DNA of 64,000 nt from Basidiobolus meristosporus CBS 931.73 (taxonomy: Eukaryota; Fungi; Basidiobolomycota): contig MCFE01000296.1 in the NCBI GenBank assembly GCA_002104905.1, forward strand, positions 37,603 to 101,602, read 5' to 3'. The notes beneath the pieces were generated by a model that was not told where the DNA came from, did not search any database, and was given only the letters and a program-made list of their open reading frames with translations. How positions within the stretch are numbered: position 1 is the stretch's first letter; the number at the start of each line of letters is the position of its first letter. Position numbers and translations under genes: made by a program. Below, in pieces: positions 1 through 12,315 of the stretch.

Positions 1-2004
1 GGATATAGCCGCGGAGACATGACGGTGCTTGGATTCTGTATAGCCAGTAAATAGGCAGAATCGGACACATATGGTCAACGAAAGACAATCGCATGGCCTC
101 CATAGTGTTGGTCGATGTGATGGCAAACGGCATCACGGAGACAGACTTTCCTAGCCGAAATTGGATGGTGGTTTCATATCCTGGAGCCAACCATCGATGC
201 CAGGTCGTAACTTTATTTCATCAAGGTCTAGGCAGGTGTGGTTCTAGACTACAAACCTGCTTCCAATCGGATGATTTTCAATGATTTTCCTTCATAGGGT
301 GAAAATATCCAATACTGATGTACCATCCGATTTGCAACATGGTGTGAGCAAACTCCCCATGCCGTAACGACGGGATTACCAACTAACATTGTGTACAGAG
401 CCATGGCTCTGCTACCCGGCCTCCACTGAAGTGTCGAGGATCATACCTTGTATCAGCTGCTGTTTGCTAAAGCCCAGCGTGATTGGCACGGGACGGAGAA
501 TAAGTCCTCGGCAACAACCCCGGAACCCCACCCTCCCGGGGGTGAAGTAGGGGAGGTAGTATCTCCCACTCCCTCGGAGTAGTGTGTAATTACGCCAATT
601 CTACAGCTTCATTGATTGGAATCTTCTGTCCAGCACGAAGAGATTTTATTGGTGAGTGGAGTGCATCGTAGACACCAAACTATACCCGCGCCTCTGGTCC
701 CTCCAAGGATAAAAAGAAAGTACGTTAGAAAGGGACTTTCCTAGTATATGCGACGCTTCTATACTCGTCACATTGATTTCCTAATGTGCGAGCGTCACAG
801 ATTCAAATCTATTTTTCGGGTGAGTAACGCACACCAAATCGACGCTGAAATCCTCCAACCCTATTTTGAATCCTGCGACTAACCATAGAAATCCGTCGCC
901 ATCTTCTAAAAGAACATCCAACGTGAATGATGCCTGGCATTTGGAATGGCAAAAATAACCCAGGGTCATGTACTAACGGCCAGGTATCGGTGTATTCTGT
1001 ATGTATATGCCTCTCCGGAATGATTTTGACATTGGTTTCGACTCTATAATGCCCCTCTAGCTCCCCCGGCAGGCTCGAGTCTGTGGACGGGAACGAGGAG
1101 GATAGGCGTTTATCCATGATCACCCTCCAAGGGGGTTGCGATACAAATAGTAAATCGGATAGGTACACCCAAGCACCCTAATTTCAGAAAAACAGACTGT
1201 TTCAAAGATTTTATCTGGCTTCAAAAATACCAGGCGGGAAGAATACCAGGATATTCATTTCCATCAAACCTCACCTTGATCCAATGATTGATCAGGATCC
1301 CTCGACTCCTGATAAACTTGACCATTTTCGAATTCTGAATACAAGGCGTCATAATTGGACGCCTCTTCTTTGTTGCCGGCCTCGACTCATGGCTGAGGTT
1401 GGGCACACTGAAACGTGGTGTTGGTAGCGGATGGCGCTTCAGTAGTGCGGCCCCGCCTATGGGGTGGCCGTGCGGATATGCAGCCCATGTCCTGGACATG
1501 AAAGCCCTGCCATACTGGTTTGCACGATGAGTGATCGATGTGTGTTGTGTAGATAAGTGTCCCTACCGATCACAAGGTCAATCGCGATAAACAAACCCAC
1601 CTTAATCAAAATGAGGCTAGTAGAACTTTGGAAAGATTACAACTGGTGGCATTTCCAATATGCTTCCATAATATATATGTGTACGATTTCTATTTCAGTT
1701 GAGGGCCATTGCTTGAATAGGACGGTGGAATCGACTTCATCCTATAAGGAAGTTTCTGGTGAACTACGCACTACAATTATAGACTGGTGCCTTGATCAAT
1801 GAGAGCGACCGATTTGCTACTGTAGGATTGCGAACCCGGTAATAAATTTACCAGCGTCTTCAAAAGCTTAGTATGCCGTGGAAATACTTGTCCAATAATG
1901 GAAAAGAGCAGCTGTTCCTTTTCACTTAAATAGGCGGTCGGTTTCCACGGTGCGATTGAATCATTTCCTGAGTTTAGGCTATTTATTTTTCTCCCATCTC
2001 CCAC

Positions 2005-3399
2005 ATGAAGTTCAATATTTATTCTACTACTCTGCCTTCCGATACCACTAATTTCATTTCTCAGCCGATCCTCTCACCAAATACCTACAAACGCACCAAA
2101 CAAGAAAACAGACAAACAATGAATGTAAAGGACCCAGCTGGACTAAAGGGAGCTATCATCCCAGATCATATAAGCTCAGATGGCTCCGAAGAGTGGTCAG
2201 GCGGCAACGATAAGAAGTCGAAATTCGCCCCTCCACCTTCCAAGAAGGTCTGTCGGCGCCAAAAGTCTGCTACTCCAGGATCTGAAACGTCAGAGGGACT
2301 ACGGTGCTCCAACTGCCAAACCACTACCACACCTCTCTGGCGCCGTAATCCCCAAGATGGCGAACCATTATGTAACGCCTGCGGCTTGTTCCTGAAGCTG
2401 CACGGCATTGTTCGCCCACTAAGTTTGAAAAGCAATGTGATTAAGAAAAGAAATAGAAACCCCATTGGAACAATGGCCAAGTTCGGCAGACACACCGGGC
2501 TTGTGTTTGGGACAGTTGCCAGCAACCGTGGCGCCGGCTGCGAAGGTGTCTTACTGTTCGAGCCATTCGACAAAACCGCAGAAGCAAATACCAAAGTGTC
2601 TCGCAAGCCACCCACCAGCTTGACCAGCTCGGATGTTTTGGCTACCAACACAACCACACCGTCCTCACCATTGAAGTTCATATCCCACTCGACCACAAAA
2701 TACCCAAGCCCACAGATCGAAAAGGGGCTAAGTTTGGTGGATGAAAGGAGTCGCGAGTCATCGGCCTCATCCTCGGAGTTCTTCTCTGAAGGTTTAGAAA
2801 GCCTCCCCCTATCTGGGGTCCTACATCCAAGCACCTACGTGGATAGTGCATCCCCGGGGCAAAATTCGGAACCGTATCATCCCACCTATTCGATTTCCAC
2901 GAACAGCGTGACCGAGGTGATCGGGTCTACACCTATTTCTAAATCAGGATATCCCAGCACTTCACAGAGCTTAGTGGACCCGTTCAATTGGCTCTCCAAC
3001 CCAACTGTTCACGCCGCCACAAGTATCTCTCTACCCAGCGACCACCATCTCGCCCACGGTCAACCTGAACCTCTGCCAAGCTATTCCTGTACAAATATCC
3101 CCATGTCATATTCTCCCGTCGCGTTTAATACCCTACTCCCCATGGTGCCCATGAACCCGGTGGACTCGCAGCCCAATTTTCAATCCAACATCCGGGCACT
3201 CAATTCCAATTTTGAGCTTGACCATAGCAACCAGGGCAGCCCCGAGAGCTTTGTATCACAGGAATTCCCAGGGCCTACCCCACCCGCCAACTACATGTAC
3301 TCGCTAAATCAAACTTGGCAGTCGTGGAACATTGACAGGAGCCTTCCTTCTTTTCCTATTGAGTCTACCTCGACAACTGAATACCCATCTACCTCGTAG
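2005..3399 (+). CDS. GATA zinc-finger transcription factor (AreA/Gat1-like finger, no N-terminal DUF1752)
   Basis: Single 464-aa ORF with [51 protein letters not shown]; S/P-rich C-terminus. The true start could be a downstream ATG (~2119). Confidence 0.9.
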   Translation: MKFNIYSTTLPSDTTNFISQPILSPNTYKRTKQENRQTMNVKDPAGLKGAIIPDHISSDGSEEWSGGNDKKSKFAPPPSKKVCRRQKSATPGSETSEGLRCSNCQTTTTPLWRRNPQDGEPLCNACGLFLKLHGIVRPLSLKSNVIKKRNRNPIGTMAKFGRHTGLVFGTVASNRGAGCEGVLLFEPFDKTAEANTKVSRKPPTSLTSSDVLATNTTTPSSPLKFISHSTTKYPSPQIEKGLSLVDERSRESSASSSEFFSEGLESLPLSGVLHPSTYVDSASPGQNSEPYHPTYSISTNSVTEVIGSTPISKSGYPSTSQSLVDPFNWLSNPTVHAATSISLPSDHHLAHGQPEPLPSYSCTNIPMSYSPVAFNTLLPMVPMNPVDSQPNFQSNIRALNSNFELDHSNQGSPESFVSQEFPGPTPPANYMYSLNQTWQSWNIDRSLPSFPIESTSTTEYPSTS

Positions 3400-5613
3400 A
3401 TACTTCTGTATACTCCGTTTCATCCCTTGAACATACTACTCAATGGACATACTTTCGTTTGCACATACTTGAATATAGAATGGAGCTCACTGCAGCTTCA
3501 GCCCCTCTTCCATTCTTCAGTTTGGTTTTGAAAATTCTTTGTAGTTTAATTAGATACCACGTTGTTTATTAGAATTGATCCATAGATAATCTTTTAATAA
3601 ATAGAGCTTCGATTCGATCCTCATGGGCGTGCTTCCCAGCTGGTTATGACGTAGGTAGCATTAAAGTTTGTCTGGTGGCAGTGGCAATGGAACCGAAGCT
3701 GAGTCACATGGCCTTCCTTTTGTTTACCCATCGCTCCATCAGTTGCATTAGGAAGTTACCGAAGCTAGCATTCAGATCTCCAAAGCCCCGTGGATAGAGT
3801 TCACCCGAGGTGACATCGCACGCATGTGGACGGCGCATGACGTAGCATCGCCATTTCGACGCTTTGGGTCGAAGTGAATCCTCGTACCAGTAGGTATTTC
3901 CAGTACCAACCATATGGTGTTAAAGCCAGAACACCCATTTAGAAAGCTACATGCTCCGAATGGAATCTCAAGAACACGGTCCAACCGCTTTTGTAAAGAT
4001 GCGAAGCGGGATACATCTGTCTTAAGCCATGTGATTGAATAACGGGATTGGAGAAGCTGTGGCTTGTCTCTACGAGGAAATTTACCCTTGATTAGTGCTC
4101 TCGATTGTTCGACGAAACGCTAACCTATCCCCTGATATGGTATAGCTACAGGATGGATTTTCCCGAATAACCGAGGTGGAAGCGCGCGAAATCTGGCTCC
4201 ATTCATTCCTCCCCTAATCACAATCGCGTCTGATTTTGGGTTCACCAATGAGGTTTGCAGCAAATTTCGGCAAAAATTGAATTCTATCAACCAGCTAGGT
4301 CTGACAGAATCGATCCCTCTCACCACGCTCTACACCAATCACCAGGAGTGGACGGATTCGGTCTACGGCTGAATTTGCCAAAATATTTAACCTAACCCGA
4401 TAAACAATTTGGAATACAAGAAAGAATTCCGTGAGTAAGTCAGGGATCGCGGTAAACGGGAGTGGAGTCGTGATGACAATCTTGGCCAATTCGTACTCCA
4501 TTTGTTCCATCAGGAAGGGGATAGGCTTCAGGATTGATGGGATTCGATGAGGTTAGACAAGCAGCGCACTCATAGATCAAGCCATATTTGTGGCTTAGTG
4601 AAAATGAACGGTGCATTTCTAAAATTAGACGCCAAGGCCTTATATTTCAGACCACATTCGAGGCTTGTGGCTGCTCCATAGTTATCTCGATGTCGGAGAT
4701 TAAATCAACGCGTTGATGACAAATCCCAGCTAAAATATTTCCCTCATCGAGAGTGCCTCAAACCCCGGTTCTGGGATCCCCCAACCAAAAGAATATCCAC
4801 CAAGTCTTTCAATTCGCAGCACTCTAGTTGTGTTTAATGTCTGTGATGTGAATATTGTTTTCTCATGTAGAAACTGGTTGAATGCTGGCACCTGTATTAA
4901 TTGGCATCCAAGTAGACCCTGTTGCGTCTTGACGTCTTTCTCCATGGGTGATTTGCGCAATCTACCGGGGTAGGGAATATATATAGGTATCCAATCCACC
5001 ATATTGGCTACAATATTAGTTCACACCAGAAACAAGCCTCAAGACTTTGTCACCAAATACTCCATCATATATTAGGGATATCACTAACTTAACTTGCAAT
5101 ATAATGTTCTCGGTACCACTTGAGATATACCATTCCTCTATGGCTCCAGCCAATGGTCATATTTACCACGTCATCCAGAGTTATAGTGAAACGAGTCCGT
5201 TAAAGGGCTCGTAGCTCTGTATAGTAGCGAACATCAGTGCAGTACAAATAAAGCATACAAACTATCATAGAAGCGTTTAAGCTTAGATGTCCCTTGGAAC
5301 CACCATCTGTTGACGCTTTTCCGCTCATCACTTCCCCTTGGATCGATGGTTGGTTTGATTTTATGGAAAATGGATTAATTCGAGAGTAAAATAAACAGAT
5401 TGATCAAACGGATTTCAATTGTTTTAACTAATTTGACCCAAGAGAAATTGTGAAGAAAAAAGGGAACTTTTGGCCCGTTGATTGTTGGGACCACTTCGAG
5501 GATAGAGGTTCTTCTTCGTACACACCGTTAGGCGGCAGCTTTTTTCAGCTCTTCGATATCCAGGTTCTAGTTCAACTTCGCTTATCAGAAGATACAGTAC
5601 TCCATTCTGCAAC

Positions 5614-6811
5614 ATGGATCAAGCAACACGGCCTTACAAACGACCTCGCATTCATCAAGAACCACTAGAGAACTCCAGCATCTTCGGCTCTGTCTGGACG
5701 GGGGATGAGAAGGAGAAATTCTTTAGAGCGCTTCAAAAATACGGGAAGCGCGATATCCGAAGAATCGCGGATGATATCAAAAGTAAGAGCTATGTAGAGG
5801 TTGGATTGTATCTGGATATTTTGGAGCGTACAGCTATGGAGAAAGAGAACAAAGGTATGTTTTTAGGTCAATCTGTTCAGGAGGAAAACCGGTAGGCTCA
5901 CCGGGTTCGGATCCATAGGTTCCGATTCGGAGGAGGATGACGAGATGAATTCGGTTCACCCCAGCGCTCAAGATATCTCAACGGTCAGCTTACGCGTTGA
6001 AGAAAGGCAAGCCAAGAAACTCCTGGAGGCAGAAGAAAGAAAGGCCATTAAGCGTGCCGAGCGAGAATATAACACCAGGCTGACTGAGGAGGAGTCTAAA
6101 AAAATAGAAGTTCTTCATATAGAAAACGCCCTTAGCTTGTCCAGTTTGTCGGTTCTTGTTCCGTCGACGCTTCCTTCATTGACAATTACTAATATGATGC
6201 TTTCTACCAGGCTATACATGAAAGAAGAACCAGTGATACTAAAGGGGCTCTTCCTAGAGATGTACAATTGTCTTCTCAGGTTCCTGGTTCCTTTAATAAG
6301 GGATGTTATTATATTTGCTGAAGAGCATGTAATCGATCCTGTTGCAAGACCCCAGAACAAAATGGTAACCCCGTAGCAACGCAATTGCCATTTCTCTATT
6401 TCTGACATAGGTTTCCTCTAGATTCATATCAATGATGTTCGAAAAGCACTTCTGTCACGCAACGCGGAATTCAACCGAGACACCTTTTTCTTCCGGTTGA
6501 TAGAGCGCTTGTCGAAAGAGGACAGACTTGTCGAGGATTCCGATAGTGACTCTGACGAGCCTTTGATCTATGCTAGTCGGCGGAACACAAGGCAAGTCGT
6601 TGAGGTCCCTCCTCAATATGAAAACGACAGCACCACCGATGATGACGACGATGACGACGACAATCAAGAGGAGAGCGAATGCAGCAGCTCGAGCGAGAGC
6701 ATTTGTCAGGACAGATTTAGCGACCCTGAGGATACTTTGATCTACTTAAATGACTTGCAAACAGATGGCGAAAGTGAGCAAAGCACTTCATCTAATGGCG
6801 AAGACTTGTAA
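5614..6811 (+). CDS. SANT/Myb-domain protein, Rrn5-like (RNA Pol I upstream activation factor subunit); spliced
   Basis: WTGDEKEKFFRALQKYGKRDIRRIADDIKSKSYVEV SANT motif; later helical segment ending IHINDVRKAL; acidic tail. Introns near 5856-5896 and 6366-6421. Confidence 0.55.
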
Positions 6812-7018
6812 TATTGATCGCTCTAATTGTAAATATGCTCTGTATTTGATTAAATAAAAGTGAAAAATTGGATCAAAATTGATCAGCACGAGGCCCAATC
6901 AGCGGGCGGGAAATTTTTCGACCGGCAGCATGGGCCCTGTTAAAATCATACGAACTGCTTTGTGCAGGACTCCTTCTCTCTCGCTCCCTTTGCGGTCGTT
7001 TGATAGTATTCATTAATC

Positions 7019-7510
7019 ATGGTACGTATGCAACCACAGTACTCGACGAGGGTCTTATTTTTCACAACGGCATGAGATGTTGCGATAAGAATAAGATGCT
7101 CGTTGACGGATGGATCGGCTCACAAGTATGGATATGCCTATACGAGACTGAGCCACTAGCCTGATATTTCAGTTTTCCTCAATCATTTGTGCTTCCGTTT
7201 AGTAACCAAATTGTTTGCCATACAATAGACTAAGGGTACTCAAAGTTTCGGTAAGCGTCACACCAAGTCCCACACCCTTTGCCGTCGTTGTGGTAAGCGC
7301 TCCTTCCACAACCAAAAGAAGACCTGCGCTAGCTGCGGTTACCCTGCTGCCAAGATCAGAAGCTTCAACTGGGGTCAAAAGGCCAAGCGTAGAAAGACTA
7401 CTGGCACTGGTCGTATGAGATATCTTAAGGATGTTTCTCGTCGCTTCAAGAACGGTTTCCGTGAAGGTACTCAAGCTCAAAAGCAAGCTCCCAAGGCTGC
7501 CTCCGCTTAA
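7019..7510 (+). CDS. RPL37: 60S ribosomal protein L37
   Basis: ATG at 7019-7021, intron 7022-7228 (GTACGT...TAG), exon 2 [42 protein letters not shown]...; stop at 7508-7510. Confidence 0.98.
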
Positions 7511-9628
7511 ATTTCAATGAATTGACCGTATCTCAGGATTGCATGCTCAATTCCCAATAAACCTAACGTTAGTTAAACAATTGATGCTTGATAGTTGGAG
7601 CACAGGTCGGATTGTAATGGATTTCTGTTTGAATGATGTGAGAGCTTTGATGCAATTATGAAGACCATGAAGCTGCGCAGCTAGTCTAGGCTTTGTTGGA
7701 TGGTTCCTCGTGGAGTGGCAGACTAGTCTTCCAGGAATCATTGCTGCATTAGCGCTAAGGTGGTGCTCGTAACACGGCTTTTAAAGTTGAAGATTTTTTT
7801 GCCAAAACAATTCCGACACAAAATTTATGGTAACGCTGACTTGATAACCCGTGTAAGAAGCTTGAAGGTCGCAACGGCAACGTAAGTACTGTTGCCTAAT
7901 AGAAGGGTGATTTGGCCCTCTTAGGCTCACGTGGACTCTAGGCTATTGAGTGAAAAGGGATATTTTGTCTAATTAGAGTTGTACGAACTGTCGCTTGGGT
8001 ATTTGGCATTTATGACTGCGATGGCTAGACCTACGAGTTTGCGACCTTGTTGATCCACCTAATTTTCGACTGTTCAGGTGATCAGAAGGTTAACTCGGTA
8101 CAGCCGCCGCACTCTTCTGAACACCGGTTGATGATACAATCATTTCACTGTGGTGGAGTGATATGAAAGATGCTTCGCGCCTGGTCACTTGCACATTCCT
8201 AGAAATTTGAGGGATCAGTATTCAGTCCCGTGGCCCTGTATAATATCGAATCGTTTGCCCAGACGGTGGTGCATAGTTCATCTCAGAATCAGCAGAAGCC
8301 ACCGCAAGTATGCGGTTTTAGCCCAATCGCTAGCGAGAAGAGCATGGAAATCGCGCTACTCGTTCATGGAGGCTTGGCTTAAACTCCAACCGCATCATCC
8401 CGTTAAGATTTAAGCCATCTGGAGCCGGCCAACTTTTGATAAGTTGCAGCAGACACAAGTTCTATGGTCAATCCTAAGCGAGAAGTGGATGGCGCGAAAT
8501 CGAACAAGCGGGAGCAAAAAGAGCCAGTGCTTACATCAAGTTCAAGAAAGAAAGCCGAATACGACGGCCGTTTTACCTGCCCAGCCGTCGGGGTTGACAT
8601 TGAGCAGCACATTTTTCTCGGGAAAGGCTTTGCGAAGCGGTGAACTTCGAGGTTACCGAACTGGGGACATCTGTTGTTAAATGTTGTATGAGCCTGATCT
8701 CTTGAAGGATCCTCTATTGAGGCTATACATAGTCGGCTAATCATCAACAACCCGTTGCTCAGGGCCACAACGGATGTTTAGACTTGGATGACGACGGTGA
8801 TGAGAATATGGCCAGGGGCATGATGATTTAGTGATTGTTCTTCGGGGACATGGGATTGGGAGGCGATGATGAGTAGAGTTGGAGCCAGGTATGTTACACT
8901 ACACCTTGTCTTCCGGATCAGGGATGTCAGCTTGGAGCTCATAGCATATGGTTCTGATGATGGGTGGATCATCTGGAAGAAAGCTGGTGGAGACATCAGG
9001 CATCTGTTGTAAGGGGGCTCGATTGGCATTATGCAGATGTCTGCCTACTCTACTCAGAAACCAACAAACACCCTGACAGCAAGTGGTGAACTGTGTTCAG
9101 CCCCACCATATGACCATACTCTAATGAGCTTCAGGGTTAGCCAAGCGTACGTACAAAGCATTGTCCAGTAGAACAAAGAGATCGCCGAAAGAGATCATGA
9201 GGATGATTCTAGGATGGCCAAATCGCCTCTGGGATGATTCTGCACATGATTGCTGCGAACTTGTTGGAAGAGATTTATTTGACTTCGATTAATGCTTGAT
9301 ATGAAAGTCCAGCATGACTCCCCAAAAAGATAGCCAGAGGATCTGTCAGCATAGATCCATCTCCAAGCGAATACATCGACTGGCTAGTTGCGTAGTAGTC
9401 CATCCATCTAAGCTTTCCGCCAGTTTAAATAACATCATCAGTCATGATTAAGCTAAATCTGACACCAGCTCCAGATGTTGTCTGACCATCTTTCCATCTT
9501 CCAATTGGGCTAGTGGAGGTACCATTTTACGAAAGCGTCGTGTTCAAGCCTCGTCATGTTGATAAAATCATATTGGTTTTCCTATATTACGAGGTGTCAA
9601 GGGGGATCCTTTCTTTGTTACTGACTTG

Positions 9629-11109
9629 ATGATGAAATTGTTGGCGCGATCATTTTTCCGTAGGCAGGATATCGAGAATGCCAATGGTGAACTGGAGCTT
9701 AAACGCAGACGCTTTGCTGAGTCCGGGGAGAAGGAGATATCCCCCCTTCTATTCAAGCCACCACTGTGGCGCCAGCGAAGAGAGTTGGTGATGCAGATTC
9801 TCAACCAGAAGAAGCCCAACTCAGTAAACTTCCGGGAATGGTACCTTGGAAACGGCCCCAGTGCTAACATACGCTTTAGGTCCTAGATCTTGGATGCGGG
9901 GAAGGCGCATTGACCTCCTTTCTGGTGCCCACATCAGATTTCCCGTTGGTACGTATCGTCGGTGTAGAGCCTAATATTGCTCACATCAAGGTGGCAGAGC
10001 AGCGGTGCCAACCAGTGCAAATGGATTATCAATATTTAAGAGAGAATCCGCTTCGAGTCGAGTTCTACCAAGGTAAGCCTCGGAATCAGCAATAAGCCGC
10101 GGTCTAATGGAAGTTCCAGATTCGCTAGAGGTCGTGAATGAAGATCTCATCGGGATTGATGCCATCGTGTGCTTGGAAGTGTAAGCATATCCAATTCCAG
10201 TCCTTGTATTGTATCCCTATGTTGAAGATTCCGGTAGCATTGAGCATCTATATCCAGCAGCCCTAACGCAGTTTCCCATGGTAACTCTGGGGACATATCG
10301 TCCCCAAACCATGATCGTTTCAACGCCAAATGCCGAGTTCAACGTAAATTTCCCTAATCTGAAGTACGGTACAGCGGAATCAGTGTTTCGAAATAACGAT
10401 CACAAGTTCGAATGGACACGCAGCGAGTTTTCAGAATGGTACAGGGTTTGGCGAAGCTGATCAATTCCAGAGCCTCACTTGACTAATCCTTTCGACATGC
10501 ATATGCAGGTGTGAGTCTATTGCTCAACAATATGGCTACGACGTGACACTAACTGGTGTTGGTACACTGAACAATGACTCATCCAACGGGTTTTGCACCC
10601 AGGTCGCTGTCTTCACGACAGCTCGCTCCTTTGTTCCCACAAGATTGGTTGGCCACAGGGCTCGTCAACCGTTCGCCATCAGCGAGTTTCCGTACTACCA
10701 AGGCGGGGTCGGAAGCGACGAAGAGATCTTGCAGGAAGCGTGTAACGAGCTACAGTTTGGACCCCAAATTTCGGCGTCACCTCCACACCAGCTGGATATC
10801 GAGACTTTTTGGAGAAGCTTGAGGATACGTCAATTGTGCAAGACCAAGTCCAGGCTGTGTGAAGTTTTCATGCGATCGGGATATTTCGAAATGGCAGGTG
10901 AAGATAAAGTTCTGATGTTCAAGAACCCGTGGTTATGTCATTCAGAGCCGATCGTTGAGCCAGGGTATGCTGATGATCATTCCCAACCACAAGATACGCC
11001 CAATTACGGTGAAAGTGTGAACTGGAAACTAGAATATACTGCAGATGGGGAAGCATGGCCGAGAGACGAGATTCCTGGATCCGAATCGTGGATAGGCACA
11101 TGGAATTGA
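9629..11109 (+). CDS. HEN1: Small-RNA 2'-O-methyltransferase HEN1/HENMT1; spliced
   Basis: FKPPLWRQR, VLDLGCGEG (after the intron ending ~9879), IEH, STPNAEFN and FRNNDHKFEWTRSEF are the Hen1 signature motifs. Confidence 0.92.
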
Positions 11110-11207
11110 TGAAATCGTGACCATTTTGTAGTCACACTTGATAGAGCGATGTACGAACAAATTGATGCTATTAAAAGCCATTTGACCTCACCCAGAGTTG
11201 GTTCGAA

Positions 11208-12241
11208 ATGTCGAATGATTTACCTGATTTTGAGTTGCTGGAAACACTCCTTTGGAGCAAGGCTCAAGGTTCGAAAGATGTTGAGAAGGAAGATGTCGCG
11301 TGCTTTACCAGTATTGCTAATCTCCACTCTTTACTACTTACTAGGGTTTTACCTGCTAGAGAGACACCTTACCAGATTATTCAACTCGGCCAAATACTTC
11401 CATGAAGGCCATCCAGAGATATTCACCACATTACCTACCTCGGAAGAGATTGCCTCCAAGATTGTTGAAGAAACCGAACCATACCGTAGAAAATACGAGC
11501 ACTTAAGGGTTCGTTTGTATTGCGCATATTTATCTGGGTTTCTCCAGTGCATTAAATGCGTAAACTACTTTTAGATCCGGCTCCTGTTGAACCCCTGCGG
11601 TAGCTATCGAATCCAAGTGAGTGAAGAAACACCGAGCGTGTTCAATGGTGCGTTTCAGTTGCAACATTAGTGCGAAGTGCGCTCACTCATGATCAATCTG
11701 GCCATAGATACACCTTACGTAGTTGTGGCTGACAAGCCAGTTGATAGTCAGGATGTGTTTTTAAGACACAAGACAACCTATCGTGCTACATATAATCAAG
11801 CACGAGAAAGGGCCGAGATCGGAAAGGCTGGCGGCCCACTTGACGTGATTCTTTTCAACGAACGTGGTGAGGTCACGGAGACCTCCATCGGTAACATTGC
11901 CATCGAAGTACCGAATAGCGACGGTTCGAAAAGTATTTGGAAAACACCCAGTATTCATTGTGGTATGGCGCTTACCGACCAAAGCATGGAGAGTGTTTCC
12001 TAATCCTTACTTCGTACAGGTCTATTGGGGGGCGTTCATCGAGAAGAGATGCTTGCGCGCAAAGAGATGATAGAAGGGATCATTTCTCTGGATGATCTCT
12101 TTGATGCGGCAAAGGTATGCTCCCATCGCGTGCCTCTACTAGATGCCTACTAATCTGTGATGACAGAATAATCGCCGGATGAAGATATTTAATTCAGTTC
12201 GCAAAGAAATCCACGTTTGCTTAAAGAAACAAGATTCCTGA
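11208..12241 (+). CDS. Aminotransferase class IV / 4-amino-4-deoxychorismate lyase (Abz2/PabC-like); spliced
   Basis: FELLETL, YLLERHLTRL, FLRHKTTYR, FNERGEVTETSIGNIAI and GLLGGVHRE motifs across exons. Confidence 0.85.
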
Positions 12242-12315
12242 CTGTATTTCGTGATGACGAGGACGATATTAATAAACGAAATAAAGGGATTATAATACAA
12301 CGAGTGAAAAGCCAT

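Noticed and set aside
590-1500. Protein-like minus-strand fragments (e.g. FGVYDALHSPIKSLRAGQKIPINEAVELA*)
   Set aside because: Could be a spliced gene, but I could not assemble exons or recognise a family.
2005-3399. First GATA gene as a retrocopy of areA
   Set aside because: The matching areA region is itself a single exon, so intron loss cannot be shown; no poly(A) or TSD, and similarity is limited to the finger.
3700-5000. Several short minus-strand ORFs
   Set aside because: No recognisable motifs or consistent splice pattern.
8189-9450. Short ORFs between RPL37 and HEN1
   Set aside because: No identifiable domain, and frames are interrupted; left unannotated.
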